A DNA stretch of 64,000 bases from the NCBI GenBank assembly GCA_965287045.1, contig OZ336898.1, positions 26,598,001 through 26,662,000 of the forward strand, written 5' to 3'. Below, piece by piece: positions 10,558 to 21,653 of the stretch. The translations under genes were made by a program, and so were the position numbers. The notes below the pieces were generated by a model. It made no database searches, had not been told where the DNA came from, and saw nothing but the letters and a program-made list of their open reading frames with translations. Every line of letters starts with the position of its first letter. Position 1 is the first letter of the stretch. Source of the stretch: Carcharhinus amblyrhynchos (Eukaryota).

Positions 10558-10857
10558 GTGGTTGGCACTGCTGCCTTATGGTGCCAGGATCCCGGGTTCA
10601 ATTTCGGCCCTGGGTAACTGTCAGCATCTGCGTGGAGTTTGTACATCCTTCTCGTTTCATGCGTAGGTTTCCTCCAGGTGCTCCGATTTCCTCCCACAAT
10701 CCAAAGATATGTAGGTTAGGTTGATTGGCCAACTAAATTGATCCTTTGTTTCAGAGTAAATACATGGGGTTACAGGGATAGAGACTGGATGGACTATGTT
10801 GTCAGTGCAGGTTTGATGGGCCAACTGGCCTCCTTCTGCACTGCAGGGATTCAATGA
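10558..10857 (+). mobile_element. HE1 SINE
   Basis: Head, V-domain and tail A. Confidence 0.85.
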
Positions 10858-11084
10858 TCAGCATCAGCTTTATAAATGTTTTACAAATCATGAGGAGAGT
10901 AAATTGTGTGCTGGTCTCAATGCAGTGATTCCACACTGCAGCTATTTTGTTCAGTTGTCTTCCTGGGTTCAGCCAAACAGACCAGATTTCATGTTTTAGC
11001 CCCAAAAGATCTTGGTTTGCAGTGGATCTTTCTTGTAAAGGCGGTTACGCTTCAGCATCCATGTACTTCCAAGGAAGAGAGAAG

Positions 11085-11387
11085 TACCCAGCTTTTTCAG
11101 CTTTCAGATCTTTGCTCTGGTTTGGTAAACAGTTCTTCCCCTTTTTGTTCCCCTTTCCTTATCTTTCATCCCCCTGTTTCTCAGTTTTGCCTCTCTCCTA
11201 CTCATTCTGCCCCTTCCATCTTCATCTGTCACAGTTTACCCTCTGATTTCAGCTTCTCTGCCATTCACACCCTTTATTCTCTCTATGGGCTGCCATTAGC
11301 AGCCTTTCCCTTGTTTTTGTGGCTATGACTCATTTTTCATTCCCTCACCCTGCAGCAGAAATATCTCCCACCTTCTATGCCTTTCAG
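11085..11387 (+). mobile_element. Penelope-like pseudo-LTR, 5' part (split by CR1)
   Basis: Pyrimidine-rich tract continuing at 12610 into GGACTCGAAAC..AGATGCTGCCAGACCTGCTGAG. Confidence 0.55.
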
Positions 11388-12609
11388 AACACAGAGGATA
11401 AAGAAAATTACAACACAGTAACAGGCCTTTTGATCCTCCAAACCTGCACCTACTATGTTGCCCAACTGAACTAAACCCCCTACCTCTCCAGGGACCATAT
11501 CCCTCTATTCCCATCCTATTCATGTATTTGCCCCTTGAAAGTCACTATCGTATTTGTTTTCACGAACACCCCTGACAGTGAGTTCTAGGTACCCACCACC
11601 CTCTGTGTAAAAAACTTGCCTCATATAGCTCCTATAAATCTTGCCCCTTGCACCTTAAACTCTTGTTCCCTAGTAATTGACTCTTCCACCGTGAGAAAAA
11701 GCTTCTGACTATCCACTTTGTCCACTCCCCTCAATCTTATAAACTTCTATCAGGTCGCCCCCCCCACAACCTCCAATGAGAACAAACCAAGTTTCTCCAA
11801 CGTCTCCTCATAGCTAATGCCCTCCATACCAGGCAATATCCTGGTAAATCTTTTCTGTACCCTCTCCAAAGCCTTCATATCTTTCTGGTAGTGTGGCGAC
11901 CAGAACTGAACACTATATTCTAAGAGTGAGCTAACTAAGGTTCAACATGATTTGCTAATTTTTAAACATAATGCTTGCTGATGATGGCAAACATGCCGTA
12001 TGCCTTCTTGACTATCTTCTCCACCTGCGTTGCCACTTTCAGTGACCTGTGTACCTGTACATTCACATCCCTCTATTAATAATCTTAAGGGTTCTGCCAT
12101 TTACTGTATTTTTCCTATCTTTATTAGACCTTCCAAAATGCATCACCTCATATTTGTCCAGATTAAACTCCATCTGCCATCCCTCTGCCCAAATCTCCAT
12201 CCAATCTATATCTTGCTGTATCCTCTGATGGTCCTCATCACTATCCGCAAATTCACTAATCTTTATGTCGCCTGTAAAACTTACTAATCAAATCAGTTAC
12301 ATTTTTCTCCAAATCTATATATATATATATTACAACAGCAAAGATCCCAGCACTGACCCCTGAGGGACACCACTTATCACAGCCCTCCATTCAGAAACAC
12401 ATCCTTCCACTACTACCCTCTGTCTTCTGAGCCAGTTCTATAACAATCTTGCCAGCTCACCTTTGATCCTGTGGACTTCACCTTCTGTACCAGTCTGCCA
12501 TGAGGGACCTTGTCCAAGGCCTTACTGAATTCCATGTAGATAACATCTACTGCCCTACCTACATCAATCATCTTCGTCACTTCTTTGCAAAACTTGATCG
12601 AGTTAGTGA
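11388..12609 (-). mobile_element. CR1 LINE, 5'-truncated, decayed
   Basis: Minus strand encodes [36 protein letters not shown] motifs. Confidence 0.88.
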
Positions 12610-12697
12610 CTTTGATACCGGACTCGAAACATCAACTCTTTTCTCTCCTTATAGATGCTGCCAGACCTGCTGAGATTTTCCAGCTATTTCTCTATTG
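12610..12697 (+). mobile_element. Penelope-like pseudo-LTR, 3' part
   Basis: Same motif as 18383-18487 and reverse complement of 61121-61253. Confidence 0.6.
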
Positions 12698-14009
12698 GCT
12701 TAAAAAGCCTTGGTGGCTGTATATGCCAGGGGAATTTAATTACCATGTTTATTCTAACTAAGGTATTGTAGAACAGGTAATTACATTTTTGATATCTTGT
12801 TTCAGAAACTTTTGAAGAGTAATATTGCCTTTCATGTTCGGGTAGAGAGGGTGCTTGGTGGGGGGGAGAGAGGGGACGGAGGATGTTGAGAGTCTGTTCC
12901 TTTTCATCTTTCCCTGTGTGGAATACAAGTTGTAAATTCTGCTGGCTGGCAGTTTCAGCATTGTCTTAATGGAATTCTGTTTAATTAAAATCCAGCCAGG
13001 AAAAAAGGCATGAGAAATTGCATCTTTTCTTTTTAAAAAAAACACATCCTCTTAACACATCATGGATACAAATGAACACCATTTAATTGAGGTAGCCAGA
13101 GGTGCACCTTTTTTCTTTTTGTCAGAGATTGTTACACATGGAATTTGCAGAAATGCTAGTACTCAGCAAGAACTTATTGACTAGGCTTTAGAGACCAGAT
13201 GACTGGATTATGGAATGTGTTATTGGAGTATACGGTTCATCAACTCAATCATTTAGAGCAAGCAATTGGCTGTCCAGTTCAGATTGATTAGCGTCTCATA
13301 ATACGATTGTTTTTGTGATGCAGATAAATTTACATATTAGGTTGACCAGTTCATCACCATTAAATTATTGGCACAAATCAGTTAGCCTCTCGGCCTGCTT
13401 GCTTACATCATAGGTCAACTTAATCTTATAAAAAACATAATTGCTGCATTTCCTTAATAAGTATTAAAACAACTTGAGTGAATGTCAATTGGAACAAGAT
13501 TCACAATTATATTGCAGGAGAATTGATAACGACTTAACTGTCATTCAGGACAGAGCAGCACATAAATCTGAATAATCATTACTTTATTGCTTTCTTGTCA
13601 TTATGGAGAACAGTCTAAACTCTCTAATACTGAATTAGATTACGCTCCTTTACAAGGTCAAGTTTATTCAAAAACCGTAATTGAATTTAGTTCTAAAAGA
13701 ATGTTCAAGTTATTTTGGATAACCAAAAAGCTAAATTACAGTGAGTGATGACTTGGGTAGATTTATGGCTTACTCTCTAATTTGCATTAGAAGTCACAAT
13801 ATATCAGAAAATTGTGGGAAGGGACCGCTGCAAGGATATACGTATTTTTCTTAGTTTCAATCAAAAGTAGCGGCAACACTGCAGATAATACATCAGAAAA
13901 CTGGTGTACCTTGAGATTTAATCGAGCTTCCTGCGTACTCCACTGCAAAAATGAAAGCAAAGCTCATGAAGTGCTTATAAGTATAAAAATATAAACATTG
14001 TCACAGTTA

Positions 14010-14200
14010 TAGAGGACCTTGGCTGCATTCCCCTGTCAGAGAGAGCTGACTGCTGCTGATTTAACCTGAGAGTCACCACGCCTCTGGTGAGGGACAAGGT
14101 TGAGAAGGTGGGGCCTTCACGAATAACCTGAAGCCAGTATGGGAATTGAACCCATTCTGTTGGTATTGCTCTGGTCTCACAAACAAGCCACTAGAGCTCA
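14010..14200 (-). mobile_element. Short tRNA-derived SINE (second family)
   Basis: B box GGGTTCAATTCCC on minus strand; homologous to 4925-5122. Confidence 0.55.
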
Positions 14201-14474
14201 TGGACCCCCACTGCTTATGATCAACGTAGAATCATACCAGATGTTTCCTAGTAAACTTAAAGTATCTCTCAGTCCAAAGTTTCTACAGGAAGTCGAGCAG
14301 TTACATGTCCGGCTCATCGTGCCATTTGAATCACGTTGACATTTTTGATTAGTTCCAGGACTTTGAAATTACCTGAAAGACCACCCCCCCCACCCACCCC
14401 CACCAACCAGGACTTTGAAATTAAGTAATTTATACATGTTGCTGCAACACAAGCTACCATAAACAGTTTGCATT

Positions 14475-14784
14475 GTGGCACAGTAGCACAGTGTTAACAC
14501 TGCTGCCTCACACTGCCAGGAAGCTGGGTTTGATTCCTGGCTTAGGTCACTGTCTGTGTGGAGTTTGCATATTCTTCCCGTGTCTGCGTGAGTTTCCTTC
14601 GGGTGCTCCTGTTTCCTCTCTCAGACCAAATTTGTGTTGGTTAGGTGAATTGGCCATGCTAGATTGCTCCTTAGTGTTACGGGGACTAGCAAGGGTAAAT
14701 GCATGGGGTTAAGGGGAGAAGGCTTGGGTGGGATTGTGTTCAGTACAGCCTCGATGGACTGAGTGGCCTCCTTCTGATTCTATG
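14475..14784 (+). mobile_element. HE1 SINE
   Basis: Head, V-domain, tail A. Confidence 0.85.
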
Positions 14785-15273
14785 AACTCCACATTTGTAC
14801 TGTGGACTATGAACTCACACGCCATGTATATTTATATTAAAATTCCACTATCTCATTGTGCCTGAAACATTACGTTAACTGATCCTGGCTTTTATCAAAA
14901 GCAAGTAAAGGTGGTATTCTGGTGAAAACTCTCAAATGGTTTGCAACTACCCCTTTGAATGAGTCAAACCACTGCAAACTGTTCTGATCTGGTTCAGGGT
15001 ATAGAATTATTTTGTTTGCATCAGAAACCAGTTGGTGCAAAATAGATAGTTTGATTGCACAATAATCACTTGACCTTTATCCTAAGGTGACACATATTCC
15101 ACAAACCTAAGCCACAAATATATTTCAAAAGCAGAATGCATATGTTGATAAGTGACACATCACATTTACACCACACAAGCACCAGGTAATGATCACCCCC
15201 AATAAATGAAAAAGAATCTTCATCTCCCTTGACATTCAATGGCATTACCTTCACTGGGGATATTGCTAAAGCA

Positions 15274-15562
15274 TGGGGTGCAGTGGCTCAGTGGTTAGCA
15301 CTGCTGCCTCACAGAACCAGGGACCTGGGTTCAATTCCCACTTGGGTCACTTCTGTGTGGAGTTTGCATACTCTCCCTGTGTCTGCGTGGGTTTCCTCTG
15401 GGTGCTCTGATTTTCTCCCACAGCCTAAAAAGGCCTGTTGGTAAGGTGTATTGGCCATGCTAAATTGTCCCTCAGTGTACTTGGACTGTGGTGATGAGGG
15501 GATTTTCACAGTAACTTCACTGCAGTGTTAATGTAAGCCTATGTGTGATAATAAATAAACTT
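15274..15562 (+). mobile_element. V-SINE tail-B subfamily
   Basis: HE1 head plus TTTTCACAGTAACTTCACTGCAGTGTTAATGTAAGCC tail. Confidence 0.85.
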
Positions 15563-15789
15563 AATCTAAATTCCCATTTTTTTTTGGATGCAACTTTGTC
15601 CTCCAAAGACCTCCAAGTCTGGGTTTACATTCCACACATCACATGACACTGATTTTACACAGATTACATAACGACATATAGTCCAACATACTCCTCCACC
15701 TCCAGTGCAGTTCTCAAGTCACTGACCAGAAAGTTAACTGAAAGAACCATTAAATATCAATGGGGAGTAATTCCCATCCTGATTCCCTA

Positions 15790-16145
15790 AAGCCTCTCCG
15801 TCATCTCTAAGACACAGGTCAAGAGTATGTTGGAACACACTTCACTTGCCTGAATGAATGCAACCCAAGGACTCAAGAAGCTTGATACTATTCGGGATAA
15901 GTCTTCCCACTTAATTGGTACCGCAAATGTTCTTTCCCTTCACCATGAACACACAATAGCAGCAGTACGCACCATTTATAAAAGGCGTTGCAGAAATTAA
16001 GCCAGCTTCCTTTGACAGTCTGTTCCTAAACCCAAGATCTCTACCACCTAAATGCAATGGAACACTATCACCTACAAGTTCCCCTCCAAGCCACACAACA
16101 TCTTGGAACTATATCATTGTTCCTTCATTGTTGCTGAGTCAAAAA
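15790..16145 (+). mobile_element. Old CR1-like LINE 3' fragment
   Basis: CAAGAAGCTTGATACTATTC..CCCTCCAAGCCACAC..CCTTCATTGTTGCTGAGTCAAAA; similar to 57290-57625. Confidence 0.6.
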
Positions 16146-16629
16146 AACTGAAACTCTACAGTCCGAAGAAGAGACAGAAATATATAAAGTATTGCTTCAA
16201 TCTGCCCGGAAGAAAGGAAAAAAAAACTAACATAAAAGGATGGAAGGAGCGAAAGAGAAAGGAACGAAAATGGAGAGGGAAAGAGGGAAAGGAATAAGCA
16301 AAGAAATTACTCATTCATGTCTCATTTCTCTCAAAAATGTCTCAAAGCATCTCACAAAAATATAATCACTGTAGCACAGCTAAATGTGGCAGGTAGTTTG
16401 CACACACAGTCCCACAACACAGATGAACAACCAGATAATCTATTCCAACATATGTTCCTCTTTACTTGTTAGCCTGGAAGATCAAGGGCAACAAGACAGA
16501 TTCATACGAGGAAAGACATGACTCCATGATGCGGAGTTTCACCACATTGCACTCAACACCTAAATCCTCCCAGCCTCCAACGTCAAATCCATCCCATGTT
16601 AAAGAGAAATATAGATAAATGGATGTAAG

Positions 16630-16868
16630 AGTTTTATCACATCAGGATGTCTTAAAGAATTTCACAAACAATTAGTTATTTTGGGAAGCATAGTTACTGT
16701 TATGTCAGCTTTAGTGTCGGCAGATTGTTCATCACAACAACAAAGGAAATGATTGAACAGATGGTTCATCTTTCTGGGTGTGTTGGTTGAGGAAGGAAAG
16801 TGGTCGCTCTTTTAATAGTGCGTGGGACATTTAACGTTTCACTGAATCAGAGGCAGACCAAGCCCTGA
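16630..16868 (-). mobile_element. DeuSINE (SacSINE1-like) split by HE1
   Basis: TGTTGGTTGAGG..AATAGTGCGTGGGA; resumes ~17205-17290. Confidence 0.5.
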
Positions 16869-16871
16869 TTG

Positions 16872-17200
16872 TGGGTGGTGCAATGGCACAGTGGTTAGTA
16901 CTGCTGCCTCACAGCGCCAGAGACCTGGGTTCAATTCCAAGGTTGGGTGACCGTGGAGTTTGCATGTTGTCCCTCTGTCTGCGTGCAGGTACTCCAGTTT
17001 CCTCCCAAAGTCCAAAATGTACAGGGGTAGTTGGATTGGTCATTTTAAATTGCCCCTTAATGTCTTCAGATTTGTCACTTATCACTCGGTTAAGAGCAAC
17101 AGCAGGATAAATGTGTGTGGTGATTGGCAATGGGCCTGGGTAAGATTCTCTGTAAGAGTTAGTGCAGACTTGCTTGGCTGATTGGCCTCTTTCAGCACAG
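16872..17200 (+). mobile_element. HE1 SINE
   Basis: GGCACAGTGGTTAGTACTGCTGCCTCACAGCGCCAG head. Confidence 0.85.
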
Positions 17201-17327
17201 TATCGTTTAGCAGAGGATGTCATTTCTTGCCAATCCCACATGTGTTACACCAAAATGTCAGTCTAGACAATGTTTAAGTCCTCCATTGGAACAAAAGTAT
17301 AAATCTAAGCAATTGAGTTAACCAAAC

Positions 17328-17680
17328 CATCGAATCCCAACACTGCAGAAGAAAGCCATTCAGCCCATCAAGTTAGCACTGACTCTCCAAAAGAGCATCT
17401 TACCCATGCTTACCTCCCTGCCTTATCCGCACAATGCTATGCATTTATCAGGGCCAATTCACTTAACCTACACATCTTTGGACACTATGGCGAAATCTAG
17501 TGTGGTCAATCCACCTATCAGGCACATCTTTCAATGTGGGATGAAGTCGGATCACCCGGAGAAAACCCATACAGACATGGGGAAAAAGTGCAAACTCCAT
17601 ACGGTCACCCAAGGCTGGAATTAATCCCCGGTAACTGGTGGTGAAGCAGCAGCGCTAACCATTGTGCCATCTTACCACCC
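17328..17680 (-). mobile_element. HE1 SINE
   Basis: Reverse complement of head, V-domain and tail A. Confidence 0.8.
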
Positions 17681-18380
17681 AAACATCAGGACTACAGGGC
17701 TGAAATCTGTATTAATACAATTTACTCCTCACCGGGTGAGAAGCATTGTCAGGTAAATAAGGAGACTTAATTCTCTGTCTCATTCAAAGTGTAATGCCAC
17801 AAAGAGGGTCAGGATACTGGAAGTATGAGTTTCAAAGGGCTAACTGGCCTTTCCCTGTCCAACTGTTCTTCTATCTTTCCGTCTTCAGTGTGTGCTTAAT
17901 AAATATAAGTTTGTAAATATGTCAGTGACAGCTAAATGGAGAGTAAAATATCAAGAAGGCACTGACTTGTATTATATTGGCAAGCTGTCTCATTTGGACT
18001 ACTTTCTTCAAGTTTCTAATTGCAGTGTCAGCTATCCGGTGGGCCAACACTCAGATTAAATGTCACTAAAAGGTAATCATTCCAAAGCTGTCAACAGCAG
18101 TGAGATGTTAGAAATGAGATTTGTCATCAAAAATTGCAATAAAACCATTTAAACATGGAATGGTATTCATTTTTACAGAACGGATGTCAAGAAAGGTTAC
18201 AATTTGTACACAAAATAAGTCTGGCTCCAGAATTGACAAGCCTAATTTATTACACTATATCTAGCAGATACTGGCTAAAGTTAAGTCAGAGCCATCAACA
18301 TTAATCAAAATAAATTTTCATCTTTGGAAATATAAGTAATAATTTCTGGGCAGTCAACATCCACAAAAGGGTGAAGGTAA

Positions 18381-18420
18381 AAACTCTGATGAAGGGTCAT
18401 CCAGACTTGAAACGTTGGCT
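18381..18420 (+). ncRNA. Minimal type I hammerhead ribozyme-like motif in Penelope-like repeat
   Basis: CTGATGA (18386-92), helix II AGGGTC/GACTT, GAAA (18409-12), palindromic AACGTT helix III; helix I degenerate. Confidence 0.5.
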
Positions 18421-18487
18421 TTATTCTCTCTCCACAGAAGCCGTCAGACCTGTCGAGACTTACTAGCATTTTCTGCTTTTGTTTCAC
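18383..18487 (+). mobile_element. Penelope-like pseudo-LTR fragment
   Basis: CTCTCCACAGA..CAGACCTG..AGCATTTTCTG motif shared with several copies in window. Confidence 0.6.
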
Positions 18488-18646
18488 AAAGAAGTATTGC
18501 CACGTCAGATAAAGCACTTGCAAAAGATTTAAACCTATCTCAAAGAAATATCTCAAAGAATTTCGCATGAACTATTGAAGTGCAGCCATGACACTTGTGA
18601 TGACTTTAATCAGATTGACTTTAATGAGATTGGCTTGCTTGAGTAT

Positions 18647-18721
18647 GAATGAATAGCTCAGATGGCTAGAGTGTGGTGCTAATAATGCCAAAGTTGTGTG
18701 CTCAATCCCCTTACAGGCCCA
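18647..18721 (+). pseudogene. tRNA-Ile(AAT)-derived pseudogene/SINE head
   Basis: TAGCTCAGATGGCTAGAGTGTGGTGCTAATAATGCCAAAGTTGTGTGCTCAATCCCCTTACAGGCC matches vertebrate tRNA-Ile(AAT) with CpG decay; acceptor stem and B box broken. Confidence 0.8.
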
Positions 18722-18789
18722 CTGTGTTTATCTGGGTCTATGGCGTACTCTTGTTGTTTAGAGTGTGTTCAATAAACAAAAGAAAACCT

Positions 18790-18962
18790 TGCTTGACCGT
18801 CAACGCCTTCCATGCCTGTTAGGGACTGGGGTGTATCATTGACCCGTTTAAGCATGTTTTAAGTTTCCTTTCCACTTTTTTTTTTGTTCGAGGTGGTTCC
18901 TCTCCTTTAGGCAGCTGTCCCAAAGTGAATTTGATTTTGTTTATTTGGTGGATCACTAAAAG
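18790..18962 (+). mobile_element. Tx1-clade LINE extreme 3' end
   Basis: GTCAACGCCTTCC..CTGGGGTGTATCATTGACC..TTTTAAGTTTCCTTT..GCAGCTGTCCC aligns to 797-998 and 52730-52920. Confidence 0.75.
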
Positions 18963-19150
18963 ATGTCCCTGATTGAGAGCTCTAATTCATGGTCAATCAA
19001 GGAGCCCAATGTCTTGTATTTAAACAGGAGTGTCAGTCCCTCTGGGCTCCTGATGCAGATAGCACACTGTGAGACTCTGTATGTTATGGTGGGATCTTGT
19101 GAATAAAGGAACTCTGGTGATGGGAATTTCACCCCTGTGGACTTATTACA

Positions 19151-19305
19151 CACTATAGTCAAACCTGGTACCATTTTACACATATTGCTCCATAAAGCAT
19201 GAGCTAGCTGTCAGCTAATCTCATTTATATGTTTGATAGTGTTTACTGAGGGATTGAAAGATGAAGAACAAGAAAACTCCTCACTCTCATTCTAAATAAT
19301 GCAAT
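19151..19305 (-). mobile_element. DeuSINE remnant (host of LTR and HE1)
   Basis: Continues 18510-18595; ACTGAGGGA..AAAACTCC..AAATAATGC. Confidence 0.45.
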
Positions 19306-19306
19306 A

Positions 19307-19605
19307 GGCATGGCGGTGCAAGTTAACACAGCTGCTTCACAGTGCCAGGGATCCGGGTTCAATGCCAGTCTTGGCTGACTGTTTTAGGGGAATTTACAAA
19401 TTCTCTCCGTGTCTGTGTGAGTTTCCTTCGGGTGGTCTGGTTTCCTCCCACTCCAATGGTGTGCAGGTTAGGTGGACTGGCCATGCTAAATTGCTCTTTA
19501 GAGCTGGGGGATTAGCAGGGGGAGTTATGAGAACAGGGCCCAGGTGAGATTATTGTCAGTGCAGGCTGAATGGCCTCCTTCTGCAATGTAAGGATTCTAC
19601 AATTC
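19307..19605 (+). mobile_element. HE1 SINE
   Basis: Head, V-domain, tail A. Confidence 0.85.
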
Positions 19606-19654
19606 AGAACATCTACTCAGAGAGAGATGGCCCTGCATTTCATGTCTCAAAGAA

Positions 19655-20103
19655 CAGTGTGGCTCATTGTCTGAGAGAGATGGTTGTGGATTTAAGCTTT
19701 TTTTTAATTCGTTCATGGAATGTGGGCAGTGCTGGCTCATCACAGTCCAAGAATATGAGCACATAATCTAGGCTGACACTCCAGCAATCCACTGGAAGTA
19801 TGCAATGAGGAGCTGTCTTTCAGATGAGATGTTGCAGCAAGGCCGCCCTCTCAAGTGTATGGAAAGATTCCACGGTACGATTCTGAGAAAGGGCGGGAAC
19901 ATTCTCCCTGAAGCCTTGGTCAATGTTTATGCCTCAACCAACAGACATGGACTGATCATCATTATGTTGTTGCTTGTGGAAACTTGCTGTATTCTAATTG
20001 TCCACAGTGTATTACATCCATGACTTCAAAACATGTCATTAGCAGTAAAGCACATTGGGACACCCTAAAGTTATGAATGCCACCATATAAGTGCAAGCTT
20101 TTC
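19655..20103 (+). mobile_element. DeuSINE (SacSINE1-like)
   Basis: GAGCACATAATCTAGGCTGACACTCCAG..CTGTCTTTCAGATGAGATGTT..ATATAAGTGCAAG tail. Confidence 0.7.
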
Positions 20104-20265
20104 TGCGATATCTTGAAGATGCAAGATAAACGTAGATGCATTTTTTGCATTGTGGTGCTTATTGATGGTGAAACTGAACTAGGATGTGGTAAAAACAAAA
20201 ACGGACTCCATCCTCAATGAGTTAGTCACGAGGAGACAGTCCGTTTGTGGTTTATCTGAAGGCAT

Positions 20266-20393
20266 GTGGCAGGATTTTCCAGCCGCACTCACCCCAGTGC
20301 CAGAAAATCCCACCCGAGGTCAACGGGCCTTTGCCTAGTTGGTGTCCTGCCTGCTACAATTCCCGTGGCAGGCTGGGAAGGGAAAATTCCACC
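20266..20393. mobile_element. MITE
   Basis: TIRs GGCAGGATTTTCC / GGAAAATTCCACCC. Confidence 0.55.
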
Positions 20394-21092
20394 CAGGATC
20401 AGTTGATAAATGGCTCCATGGAGGATTCAATCAGGACAGGACAAGACGGGCATTAATCTCATCTCAACATGTACACTGGGTGAATGTTTTGCCCCATTTG
20501 GTTTCCCATTTTCATTAACGATTTTGTGGACAGGATTAAAAGTGATGTTAGATTCTCCTTTAATGAGAAAACCCTTTGCAGAGTCATTAACTCCTCATCT
20601 GAATAATGAGCAGCAACCAAAACACTGCAGCAAGACTGAATTAATTGGACGTTGGGCAGACAAATGGCAAATTGCCTCAATGCTGAGAATGTTCAGCTGC
20701 GTAAGATGGACCATGATATTTCCTGTAAGCCTCGACCTTGTAAGGTTTGTGAATCTGAAGTTACAAATCAGTAGCTGCTCGGTTTAATCATCAGACTGGG
20801 CATGGATGGCTGAGAAAACAGTAATCCTGCAGGAGCTGAGCCCAGTTAGTCACCCTTAGCAACAGAACGTTTGATAGAGGTTCCTCCCGTCCAGTGACTA
20901 TAATAGCTTTGCTTGGCTATGCCAATTGGCACAAATTATAGCACCACAAGCTATTCTTAAATTCACCCTCTACAGAATTGGAAAGACGTACAAGGCTGTC
21001 AGTCCTCTGCAAAATTGCAAATATGGGATCAGACTGTTTAAAGGTTTCATTTATTGAAGGAATGGCAATGATTATTATTTTACGGTAGGCTG

Positions 21093-21653
21093 ATGCTGAA
21101 GAAAAGCCCATCAATGCCTCTACTTTCTCAGGAGGCAAAGGAAATTCAGCTACGACTCTCACCGATTTTTATAGATGCACCATTGAAAGCATTCTTTTTT
21201 GGATGTAGCACCGCTTGGTCTCGCTCGTACTCTGAGCGAGACCGCAATAAACTTCAAAAGGTCGTGAAGGTAACCCAGTCCATCAAACAAACCAGCCTCC
21301 ATTGACTCCATCTACACTTCCCACTGCCTTGGAATAGCAGCCAGTATAATCAAGCATCCCAGACGTACTCTCTTCCACCTTCTTCCATCGGGGAAAAGAT
21401 ACGAAATTCTGAGGTAACGTACCAACTGACTCAAGAACAGCTTCTTTCCTACTACCATTACACTTTTGAATGGGCCTACCACATATTATGCTGACCCTTC
21501 ACTACACCCTCTCTCTGTGACTGCAACATCATATTCTGCACATTCTCCTTTCCTTCTCTCTATGAACGAGATGACTTTGTCTGTATAGTGCATAGAAAAC
21601 AATATTCTTTACTGTATGTCAAATGTGACAATAATAAATCAAATTAAATCAAA
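21093..21653 (+). mobile_element. Rex1/Babar-type LINE 3' end
   Basis: KAHQCLYFLRR, FYRCTIESI, KLQKVVK..QSI, RLKNSFFP-like (DUF1891-type) motifs; tail TGTGACAATAATAAATCAAAT. Confidence 0.85.

Larger units (their letters stand above)
18596..19150 (+). mobile_element. Small solo LTR (same family as 449-1184), inserted in a DeuSINE
   Basis: TGTGATG..GATTGGCTTGCTTGAGTATGAA start, GTATTTAAACAGGAGTGTCAG, AATAAA, TTATTACA end; flanking CACT/CACT. Confidence 0.7.

Noticed and set aside
18647-18721. Functional tRNA-Ile gene
   Set aside because: Acceptor stem unpaired, B box mutated, CpG decay, embedded in an LTR
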